Assembly (NCBI RefSeq): GCF_037042905.1
Contig: NC_087249.1
Coordinates: 8,620,001 to 8,684,000, forward strand
DNA from: Lytechinus pictus
Lineage: Eukaryota
Direction: 5' to 3'
DNA: 64,000 bases
Position numbers and translations under genes: made by a program. Below are positions 10,858 to 20,786 of this stretch, one piece after another (positions within the stretch are counted from its first letter, which is position 1; each line of letters opens with the position of its first letter). The notes below the pieces were generated by a model, which worked only from the letters and a program-made list of their open reading frames with translations, did no database searches and was not told the origin of the DNA.

Positions 10858-13800
10858 TCAACCGTACAACATATCATTTGCATCTTCTTTTTGACTCTCA
10901 AGTGAAAGATATTCTTTCAATTTCCTCTTAAAATGCAAAAAGTTTCCTATTTCCTTTATATCATTGGGAAGGGAATTCCAATGTTTTATAGCATTGTAAT
11001 AAAATGAGTTACCAATACTACCTACCCTTTCTGGTAAGCAAAAATTGAAATGGCTGTTTCTTGTATTATAGTTATGTATTTCGGTAACTAGATTAAAGTT
11101 TGATCCAATGTAATGATTCGATCTATTGTGATAGATTTTATGCACGTGGTGCAAAATAAGCTGTTTTGATCTTTTGTTGACTTCAAGAAAACCTGCTCCA
11201 GAGAGTTCGGTGTAGCCAACATGGGTTCTGGGACCAGAACAGCTAATGAATCTAACCATTTTATTCTGTATAATTTTCAACTTCTTTTTATCGAGTTCGC
11301 TTATGCCACTAAACCAAGCAGGGTTGGCATAGTCAAATAAACTCTGAATAAGAGCAAAACAGAGAATACGCCTTGCTTTTTGATCCATACAACTTTGATA
11401 CCTGTACAAAAATTTCAAACGGGCATTCGCCCTTTTTACGATTGATTCTACTAAAGATGAAAATGAAAGGGAGCTAGTCAACTCAATGCCTAAATACTTT
11501 ACAGATTCTTTCCTATGAATTATCTTATTATTGTATGATACTTCAAATTCAAATGAAGTTTTATGATTACTTTTAGAACAAAACAGAATGCTTTCGGTTT
11601 TGCCTAAGTGTAACGATAATCTATTATCAGTCATCCAATCGACACATGTAGACAGCTGTTCGCTAAGTTTTTCCTCAACAAATTTTGGGTTGGCATTTGA
11701 ACAAAGTAGTACGCTATCATCTGCATACAATAATAATTTACAGTCAGCTTTTAAACAAATAGACATGTCATTGATATAAGTTGAAAATAGGATTGGGCCT
11801 AAAATACTTCCCTGTGGAACTCCACACGTTATAGGCATAATTTTGGAACAAATATCGCGAATAGCCACTACTTGATGTCGATTCGACAAGTAGGATTTGA
11901 ACCATGCTACAGTAGCCTGGTTAAAACCCATTATTTGTAATTTTTTCAATAAGATGCCGTGATTAACTGTATCAAATGCTTTTTGAAGATCTAGGAGTAC
12001 CATCCCAACGAATTGTCCCTTATAGACATATTTGTTCTCAGATAATCAGTCAAGTGAATAAGGCATGTCTCAGTCGAATAGTCATGTCGAAAACCTGACT
12101 GATATTCGTAAATCATATCATTTTCTTTAAAATATTTTTCGATCTGAACACATACCGCCTTTTCTAGAATTTTGGATACTATGCTTAAAACACTGATAGG
12201 TCTATAGTTTTCAACAGCAGTTTTATCTTTCTTCTCATGAATAGGAGTTACTTTTGCAATTTTCATATCCTCTGGGAAAGTGCTAGTAAAGATAGATAGA
12301 TTTATTAAGAAATTTAATGGTTTGTACAAACTCTTTGCTCCTTCTTTTAGAAATTTAGCAGGTATCAAATCTAACCCAGTGCTTTTTGATACATTTAATT
12401 TACGCAACTCATTAAAAATGAATTGATCACTAACAGGTAATAATTCAAATTTATCTTGGCTTATACCCTTTTTTTCATAAAATTTACGAATGTTTTCACT
12501 GTCTGCACTGAAAATGTCTTTGCAAGATGGAAGTTTATCTACCAACGTAGCTGCGACATTTGTAAAATAGGAATTGAATTCATTGGAAATAGTTATCTTA
12601 TCATGACATAATTCTCCGTCAATTGAAACGACTAATTCTTGGTCCTTTCCATTTTTCTTTTTTAATCCCAAACTTTTTAGATTCTGCCAAAGTCTTTTAG
12701 AATCATTTTTATTTTCTTCTATTTTATTCTAATTTGGCCTTTTTCACCTCTCTTTGAACCATATTTCTTAATTTCTTGTATCTTTTGGAAAGCGTGTCAT
12801 AATCCTGATCGCTTAGATTTTTCTTCATTTTTTTATACGCCACATTTCTTTCTCGAATAAGAGAAATAATATCTTTAGTCATCCAGTTTTCTGATCTCTG
12901 TTTAATTCTAATCCGTTTTTGAGGCGCTATCATATTCAACGTTGAAATAAAAGTATTTTGAAAAACTGACCAAGCCTTATTTACGTCAGTGCATTGGGTT
13001 AAATCTGACCAATCAACGGCAGACAGTTTAAGATTGAAAGATTCTTCGCTATATTTTTTCAACGATCTGATATCAGTGGTTCTGTGAACACCTATAGCCA
13101 GCCTAATTTTCTTTCGTGTACAGAAAGTAAAAGAATGGTCACTTATACCAAGATCAATAACACCACTTTGACTTATTTTTTGTTCGTTATTACAAATCAC
13201 ATGGTCCAATAAAGAAGAACATGTGTGAGTGACACGGGTTGCATCTTTGATGAGTTGGCTAAATCCATGAAGACTCAATAAGTCAGTATATTTTTTAGCC
13301 AGTGGAGATTTCTGAAAAAGACAAACATTCATATCGCCTAAAAGTATAATTTCATCATCTTTCTTTAATATATCGAGAATATTTGACATCTTCTCAATAA
13401 ATTGATTGCTTTTCGGAGGCCTATAAATGACGCCAGCAATAATTGGTTTTGATCTTGGTAGAAGCAAATTAATCCACAGTGATTCAGAATCACCTGTACT
13501 TAAAACATCTATGATATTGAATGCAATATCATTTCGGACATAAAAACATACACCACCCCCAGAGCCTGATAATCTATCATTGCGTATTACTTTGTATCCA
13601 TCTATATTGATTTCTTCATCGTTCACCGAGTTATTTAGCCATGTTTCTGTGAAAGTAATGACTGCAAGATTCTTTCTCTTAAAAAGAATTCGAAGTTCTG
13701 AAATTTTTGGTAGAATAGATCTAACATTTAGATGTACAAAGTGAAGGCCTTTTACAGCAAATATGTTTTCAAAATCTTGATAAAGTAAACTTGAATCCTT

Positions 13801-14373
13801 CGAGCTTTTTTGTTGTAAATTTGGCTCTGGAATGTTTTCGGGTACCCGAATTTCTTTCTCACAGTTTACAATAGTATTATTGTAGTCGTCAAATAAAGAT
13901 TCACAGAAAGATGGTAAAAAACAGGTTGAACAAAACCATTCCTCATCGGGGCTCAAATATAGATTTGAATATATTTCCAGGCTTATTTCTTGACAGTGAA
14001 TATGATACCATCTTTTACAAGTGGAACAAAGAAGGCCGCACTGATTTGATTTTACTGGTTTTTCACAGTTTCCACATGGAAACTTAAATTTTGGGCCTGG
14101 GTTTGATTCAATATCACCAGACAATAATAAGAGAAGGAAAACAATGATTTTGGTCACTTCCGTATTCATTAATTCTATGGAAGGGATCAATTTGTTTTGA
14201 AAATAATAAAAGTACAATTTGGGATATATCATTCTGAAGTTTATTTTTTCATAACAAATCGTTTTGCAGGTAAAGTCGTGCATAAACACAGAACTCACCA
14301 GGTCAATTGATCTGTTATATAAATCAAAATTTCCCATTTCCATCTTTGCCATCATAGTATCATATTCTTCCAT
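10858..14373 (-). pseudogene. LINE B ORF2 (2A - PHD - APE - RT), broken by two frameshifts
   Basis: Three ORF pieces: 12724-14376, 11991-12671 and 10858-12003. PHD-type C-x2-C...C-x2-C..H-x2-C...W-x-C-x2-C; EN motifs HLNVRS, TETW, GDMN, SDH; RT motifs NYRPIS, LDLQKAFD, GVPQGS, YADD. Confidence 0.9.
14093..14140 (-). other. 2A (StopGo) ribosome-skipping motif LLLLLSGDIESNPGP
   Basis: Exact match to the D(V/I)ExNPGP consensus, in frame and immediately before the PHD finger of ORF2. Confidence 0.85.
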
Positions 14374-14406
14374 CAATCAAATAGGTATATATGGAGATAC
14401 GTGTAC

Positions 14407-15651
14407 TTAACCATTAAGTAATGATCTCACTAACAGTAAATAGTCCTGCCACTCTCTTGTCGAAGTCCTCGATCTGGTTGTCTCACCATGCCTTCTGACA
14501 TTTCCGTGTAAGTTGGTCGTAGGAGCAGCTACGTCAGCATAGGACCTTCCATCAAAGAAGTTTGGACGTCGATGCTTCTGGTTTGGTAAGACACGGCGGA
14601 TGTTTGCTGCGAAGATACCCTGGCCAATTTTGTTAAGGTGGACCCCATCACGACCTAGGTGTTGCTCGCCGATGTTGTCATTGATGACGAACCCCCATGA
14701 GTTTCGCCTCGCAGAATCCCTCAAGGTGGAGTTGACGAAGTCGATCCTCCTCTCTTGGTACCGCGACTCCCATCGTCTATGGATGATGCCAGATAGGATG
14801 ACCTTCAGCCCCTTTCTGGCAGCAATATTTCCTACGTCCACGATCTTGTTGTGTAGATAGTTGGGACCATCCTTGATGTTGTTTGTACCGACATGCACAA
14901 TAACGGTACCTCCTCGAACGATGTCGGCACACTCGTTAGATAAACATGTCAGAATGTCTTCGGACCTGGCACCGGGAACGGAACGACATCTCACTTTCAT
15001 TTTGCTTGCCAGGCGACGACCATCAATGTTCTTCAACATCGAATCTCCTAAAAGTAGCACGTCGTGCTCCTTACGTCTCTGGCGTTGGTTGACCCCGACC
15101 CGTCTCCACTCACTGACGCAATCCGATGATTCTGCTCCATTCGCTTCGCCCTCCACCCCAAGAATCTCGAAACGATTGCTAGTTGGAATGTTGGATACAA
15201 ATTCTCTTGAATTCACAGTTGGAAGTTGAATGTTTGATGATGATTGTAGGATGCTCGATTCTTCTTCGACTGATGTTGCCTGTTGTACAAATGCATCGTC
15301 CATGTGAAGAATGCTATGACAGTCTTCCACAACGATGGTGGAGGTTGAGGCGTCACGGACGTCTTTCTGTGCTTCCAGTCGCTTGAGTCTGTTGTCGATG
15401 TTTTTGACAATGTCCAAGATTTCGAGTAGGATAGGCCTAACCGATCGATCATCACAAGTAACATTCTCTCGCTTACTAGTAACCGACTCCTCTCTTCCAT
15501 TACCAGCGATTGTGGCCTTTTCTGCGTCCATTGCTCTTTTTAGTCGAGAGATGAGCGTTGCCTTCACCCCGCTTTTCTCCAGTCCTAACTTACTGAGTTC
15601 TGCTCGGAGTTCTTTAACCCTGAATTGTTCAATGTTTACTAGTGTTGCCAT
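14407..15651 (-). CDS. LINE B ORF1: SAP-like domain + coiled coil + SGNH/GDSL esterase
   Basis: Likely start MATLVNIEQF at 15651. SAP-like segment FRVKELRAELSKLGLEKSGVKATLISRL. SGNH blocks LLGDSML, PGA, HVGTNN and DGVHLN. Confidence 0.85.
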   Translation of the reverse strand: MATLVNIEQFRVKELRAELSKLGLEKSGVKATLISRLKRAMDAEKATIAGNGREESVTSKRENVTCDDRSVRPILLEILDIVKNIDNRLKRLEAQKDVRDASTSTIVVEDCHSILHMDDAFVQQATSVEEESSILQSSSNIQLPTVNSREFVSNIPTSNRFEILGVEGEANGAESSDCVSEWRRVGVNQRQRRKEHDVLLLGDSMLKNIDGRRLASKMKVRCRSVPGARSEDILTCLSNECADIVRGGTVIVHVGTNNIKDGPNYLHNKIVDVGNIAARKGLKVILSGIIHRRWESRYQERRIDFVNSTLRDSARRNSWGFVINDNIGEQHLGRDGVHLNKIGQGIFAANIRRVLPNQKHRRPNFFDGRSYADVAAPTTNLHGNVRRHGETTRSRTSTREWQDYLLLVRSLLNG

Positions 15652-17106
15652 TATTTGATTGTGACGAAATAAAGAGAAATAACGTTCAAAAAGACGCGAT
15701 ATGACGTAATCAAAAGTTTGTACAGAATGGCGCAATGTTGGAAATTTCACGGCGCACAGTAACAAAGGTCTCTGCGTAGGCCTTGAGTTGAAACTGGTTC
15801 CATGGCAACTTGTTTTTGTTTTTGCGCGTCTGATGACAAAATCCACTGATTTTCGTCAGAAAAAGTTGAAGATTTTTTCGGAAATTCGTCAATTACTCCA
15901 AGGATAATTTGTTTAAGGATATATAACAAGCTCCTTCCTAGTCAGCACACTGTCCGCTATCGGGTGATGTAAACTTTAATGGCAGAGATATGATATTTCC
16001 CGAAATAATTATCCAAAAGTAGGAGCAACCAAAAACACGTCTGCTTCCTCCAAATGTCAAATGTCAAATGTCAAATGAAAATATTGGGTGGGCAAACATA
16101 TCGTTTTGCCCCCCCCCCCCCCCAATAATTCCCGATGTGCAAAAAAAAAAAGATTGTAATGTTTACACAGTAATCAGAAAGCGAGATCGAGATACACAAC
16201 TCGCTCTTTATTCAAAATCGTGCTCTAAATGTCCGCTTTTCAGATTGCAATATAAAAAATTTCAGCTCGCGCTTTGCGCTCGCATCATTTCTTTAGCAAA
16301 ACCCATACTTTTCACGATTAAATAGGTGAACAGAATGTCTCGTTTTCAGTTCTAAACTTCAAAAGAATTACCGCTTCGATTAGCAATAATCGTTTATTGG
16401 ATATATATCTTGTTCTTAATAAAAAACATCCATCAAACTGTCAATTCTTTCAGATCGAATTTTCAGCTCGCGCGCTTCGCGCTCGCATCTGTTGTTCGTT
16501 TAGATACCCATCTTAATCATTGAAAAATGCTTAGAATATCAAGCTTTTAGGTCAGAATAGAAAGAAATTTCAGCTCACTATCGGCACTCGCATTATCTGT
16601 GTAGTGAGATATGTATCCTCCTCATAAGTCACTACAAACAGTCCTAAACGGGGCCCTTTTTCCTGTTGTCAGTACTAAAAAAAATTAAGCTTCGCTTCGC
16701 GCTCGCATTAATTTCTTTCTCATGAGTCATATATATATATATATATATATATAGGCCTATGTGTGTGTGCGGGTGCATGTTTGTTTTTTGTGGTCGAGCG
16801 CCTTTGGAACGTTGATTCATGATTTTGCCCCCCCCCCCCCCCAATCTGAAAAAGGGATCGACGCCCCTGCTACCATACCTTCATCAATCACGGGGATGTG
16901 ATTGCAGTGAGAGTCATGTAGTTTTTTTTTTTTACATGATGTACGGAATGGAAAGGGCAAGGGGGTGGGTTGCTGGCTGATCATGCAAATATACATTTTT
17001 GTACATGGTTATGGAAAAAGAAGTGAGGGGATAAAGCCCCCGGTTCGGTGGTCCTATCGCATTGTTATTCATTAGACCATTAGAATGTCTAGGCCTATAG
17101 TGTTAA

Positions 17107-17669
17107 AGGGATCTGACAATATTTATATCTAAATAAATAGAGTAAAATTCACATAGCAAAATGCTGAAAATTTGATCAAATCGGAAAACAAATAACAAAG
17201 TTATTTTGTGAAAACATTATATGCACATCGTATAATGAATATTCATAAGGTGGGCTGATATGATGTCATATCCCCACTTTCCTAATAGGCCTACATGAAA
17301 TCATACATGTGTAAATTATGATGTTTCTCCATTATGATGAAAAAAGTTGCGGCAATAAATAACTATAATGTACTTAATCAGATTTCAATTAAATGGTTTC
17401 AGATCTTGGTAGACAAATTTTGAATAAACCTAATTTCATATAGGCCCTAATTAAATACAAAAGAACTAGTGGGGAAATATGATGACATCATCAGCCAACT
17501 AAATGAATATTCATGAAGACATGCCTCGAACTGCATGTTTCACCGGAATAATGCAAATCTTAAGTTTAATGACTTCGTTATTTGTTATCCGATTTTGATC
17601 AAATTTTCAGCATTTTGCTCTGTGAATTTTACTTTATTGAAATATAAATATCTTCAGCCTGCATGGACT
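17107..17669. mobile_element. TTAA-flanked MITE with long imperfect TIRs
   Basis: TTAA at 17103-17106 and 17670-17673, with long inverted arms. Same family as 35159-35752. Confidence 0.75.
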
Positions 17670-17776
17670 TTAATTGCATACATATTTTGTCAATGCATTA
17701 TAAGGCTATATATTCTTGTCTTGTGGAAACTTTGAATAAACTAAACTAATTCAACTAATATGAACTAATATGTATA

Positions 17777-17850
<74 letters not shown>

Positions 17851-17900
17851 CGAGAGGCGTGGATATATGTACCAATCGCTTTGATCATTGTTTATAATAT

Positions 17901-18217
17901 ATGTGTGAAGAGTAGAATCAAGGATGAAGCAAAGTATATGTTGTAAAGCTTTCGGCCCTGGCCTTCTTCAGTTTTCATTTGCTAAACAAAACAAATAAAG
18001 CAAATCATAGAATAAGCAACAGAACAAACATAATGTTTTGTTTTGGTTTTGCTTTAATTTGCTATTATTTACATTATGTTTGTTCTGTTGCTTATTCTAT
18101 GATTTGCTTTATTTTTTTTTTGTTTAGCAAATAAAAACTGAAGAAGGCCTGGGCCGAAAGCTTTACAACATAGTGTATACTTTGCTTCATCCTTGATTCT
18201 ACTCTACTCTTCACACA
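17901..18217. repeat. ~135-bp inverted repeat (Penelope pLTR-like) embedded in (TA)n/(CA)n microsatellites
   Basis: Arms 17901-18036 and 18071-18217 are near-perfect reverse complements. Each carries CTGAAGAAGGCC-nn-GGCCGAAAGCTT. Confidence 0.7.
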
Positions 18218-18230
18218 CACACACACACAT

Positions 18231-18296
<66 letters not shown>

Positions 18297-18336
18297 CACT
18301 GTGTATATGTACGTATGTATGTAAAGCACTAATTAA

Positions 18337-19102
18337 AGGTCAAGTTCACGCAAGAAAAAAATCTAACAAGAACGCTGAAAATGTCATCAGAATTGGATGT
18401 AAAATAAGAAAGTTATGACATTTTAAAGTTTCGCTCATTTTTCTCAAAACAGCTTATGCACAACTCAGCGATATGCAAATGAGAGAGTCGATGATATCCA
18501 TCACTCAATATTTCTTTTTTTTATTGTTTGATTTACATTTAAATCTTTACAGAACTGACAATAATGTTAAACTTGACTGAACGACATAATGTAAACCAAT
18601 GTCAATTCCACATGCATGTTCAGGGAGGAATAAACTCGATTTCGCATGACAAGGCGGGAGAAAATAAAAATATTTCATATTTCATAATTATAATAGAATA
18701 CAAAAAAAACTGAGTGAGTGGATGATGTAGTCAGTCCCCATATTTGCATAGGGGAGCGTTTCATGAAAGGAGACGGGACGTTTTATCCGACAATAAGTCC
18801 CATTTTATTCTACAGTTACCATAGTAACACAGTGCTTCTTAGCCAATCATCATCAAGGAAAGTTGTCAGATCTGCCCGCAGATCTGACAATTTGTAGGAC
18901 CGTGACGAAAATGTTGATGAAACGCTCTCCTGTAGACATGCTAGATGGGCATATAACTTTTGTGCGAAATTAGGTGAAATTGTAAAATGTCATATATAGC
19001 TTTTTTATTTTACATCCGATTTTGATGAAATTTTCAGTGTTGGTGCTTGTTAGATTTTTCTTTTTAGTCATATCAACTTTTTTGTTGGGGTGAACTTGTC
19101 CT
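18337..19102. mobile_element. TTAA-flanked MITE with a nested Harbinger-type MITE (~18751-18931)
   Basis: ttaa|aggtcaagttcac ... gtgaacttgtcct|ttaa. The inner element ggggagcgtttcat...atgaaacgctctcc is related to 49545-49701. Partial relatives lie at ~25926-26250 and ~53395-53745. Confidence 0.75.
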
Positions 19103-19106
19103 TTAA

Positions 19107-19288
19107 GCGATTTTAGCATGGTTACCCTGATCATGATGTGCTCGAGCAGTCAAGGAATTCCTCCCACCGGGTACTGGAGTGGAGAATGTAAATAAACGCG
19201 CCTTGTCAAAGAATGCTGTTTGGCTTCGATCGAACCGCTAACTTTGTGGTTCAAAGTCTGGGGACTTATCCACCGAGCCACAACACTC
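19107..19288 (-). mobile_element. tRNA-derived SINE, degenerate
   Basis: Minus-strand head gagtgttgtggctcggtggataag (A box) ... ggttcgatc (B box), followed by non-tRNA body. Confidence 0.6.
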
Positions 19289-20542
19289 TTATGACCCTGG
19301 CCTTTTCATTTTTTTTTCTTTATCCTCACTCTGTTTTCTTCTTTTCAATTCTCTTTTTTCTTGGCAGAAAAAGAGTCAGAGAAAGAGTATAGAATAGATC
19401 GATGGTCTGCTATAACTTTCAAAAGGAGTTTTGAGAGTTTCTCTGCCCACCATCCCCCCCCCCACAGTACATGATGGTCAAACCGAGTGGATCCACCGAG
19501 TTATATGTGAATCTAAGGCGCCTGATAAAAGTCCGGGGCTGGAAACCAAGCCAGCCAATGATAGGCTACCAACCCCCCAAAAAAAATTTAAAAAAAATAA
19601 AAATAAATAAAATTAAAAATTAAAATTAAATAAAATAAAAAAGTAAAAAAGTAAAAAGCAGAAACAGAATAATATTTCAAATTCATTGGTGAAACAGTTC
19701 TCTACATGTCTTCATGAATATGCAATGAGTAAGCTGAATATGAATTATCCGCTCTTATTTTTTTTTTGTATTTTACTATCCTATCTAAAATTGTTTCCAC
19801 CAAAAATGATGAAACATCGGCGTTTTTGGCTTTAAGCGGATAACCCCTTTGAGTAAACCTGTCTAATTCATGAAATCTTGAATTCGTCTATAAGATTCCA
19901 AACAACACAAAGAAAACATGTTGATGCAGGGTGGGCTGATCCAGAATTTTCAAAGGGGGACACATTTTCCCGATGAAAATTTGTAAAACCCCCCCCCAAA
20001 AAAAAAAAAAATAATAATACTAATAAATGAAATAAAATAAAACTAAATAAAAAATCACTTCAAATTTAAGGTCATCTTCGCGAAATTTTGGAAAGCCAAA
20101 AAAAAGGTTCTCATTTTCAAGGGGGGGCACTTGTATTAATGTAATCATTTTTTATCATTGGCAGAGTGTTATTTTTATGTTTTATTATCAGCGTGATTGT
20201 GATCATCACTGTTATATTATCATTTTATTCTAAATTTTATTGTATTTATTATCAGTGGCGTAATGAGCCCAAAATTTTCTCCAGTCGATCTTCTTCTTTT
20301 TATTCTTCTCCTCCTCCTTTTAATTCTTCTCCTCCTCCTCCTTTCTCCTTCTTCTTCTCCTTCTTTCTTCTTCTTCTTCTTCTTTTTCTTCTTCTTCTTT
20401 ATTATTATTATTCCCGGTTATTATTTCATCGGTCATGACTTGTCAAGTTGTCTTTACTGATCATTGGTTATTCCTCTTTGGGTCCTCTTTGCATTTAATT
20501 GTTGCATTTTATATATACACCTCTCATAATCATGGGGGAAAC

Positions 20543-20579
20543 CATAGAGATGGAGGATAGTAAAGTACGTACCTCTATG
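20543..20579. mobile_element. 37-bp mini element with CATAGAG TIRs (P/hAT-like)
   Basis: catagag...ctctatg, flanked by ggggaaac / gggaaaac (7 of 8 identical). Confidence 0.6.
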
Positions 20580-20589
20580 GGGAAAACAT

Positions 20590-20774
20590 AACTATTGGGC
20601 CGTGACACAGGGCGGGCATTCAAGATCCCCGTTCAAAAATCATAGTGTGGCGCAATTTTCGCTTGCTTGATTTTGTATGAAATCATGGGCGCAGCGAAAT
20701 TATGAGATTTTTCTCAAATTTTCTTGCGAAATTCCCGAATTATTAGAGAAGAAAGAGGATAATACGTGGTCATA
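20590..20774 (+). promoter_or_regulatory. Probable promoter / 5' UTR of the AF9/ENL gene
   Basis: Local CpG enrichment and a GC box (gggcggg, ~20610) directly upstream of the first coding exon. Confidence 0.5.
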
Positions 20775-20786
20775 ATGACCACTCAG
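20775..20786 (+). CDS. MLLT3: AF9/ENL exon 1 (MTTQ)
   Basis: ATG ACC ACT CAG|gtaagt. Parallels the short N-terminus of ENL (MDNQ) before CTVQV. Confidence 0.8.

Larger units (their letters stand above)
6087..16050 (-). mobile_element. Apparently full-length APE-type LINE (CR1/L2/Daphne group), 'LINE B'; 3' UTR interrupted by LINE A
   Basis: 5' UTR 16050-15652, ORF1, ORF2, and 3' UTR segments at 10857-10820 and ~6590-6114. AATAAA is followed by an (AATC)n tail at 6087-6113. Candidate TSD aatga at 6085-6089 and 16074-16078. Confidence 0.75.
6035..16869. mobile_element. hAT-type MITE (arms 6035-6089 and 16074-16869) split by ~10 kb of nested LINEs
   Basis: TIRs cagaggcgtcgatcc / ggatcgacgcccctg. 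Perfect 8-bp TSD ctaccata at 6027-6034 and 16870-16877. Confidence 0.85.

Noticed and set aside
10810..15945. Alternative nesting: LINE B inserted into LINE A (imperfect 9-bp repeat actaggaag/actacgaag)
   Set aside because: It would leave LINE B with almost no 3' UTR and leave the (AATC)n 3' end at 6087 unexplained. An 8/9 match can arise by chance. Not fully excluded.
19240..19288. tRNA gene
   Set aside because: A and B boxes are present but the cloverleaf is degenerate and continues into a SINE-like body; the same applies to 50684-50745.
20166..20460. Pro/Leu/Phe-rich ORFs
   Set aside because: (CTT/CCT)n microsatellite.
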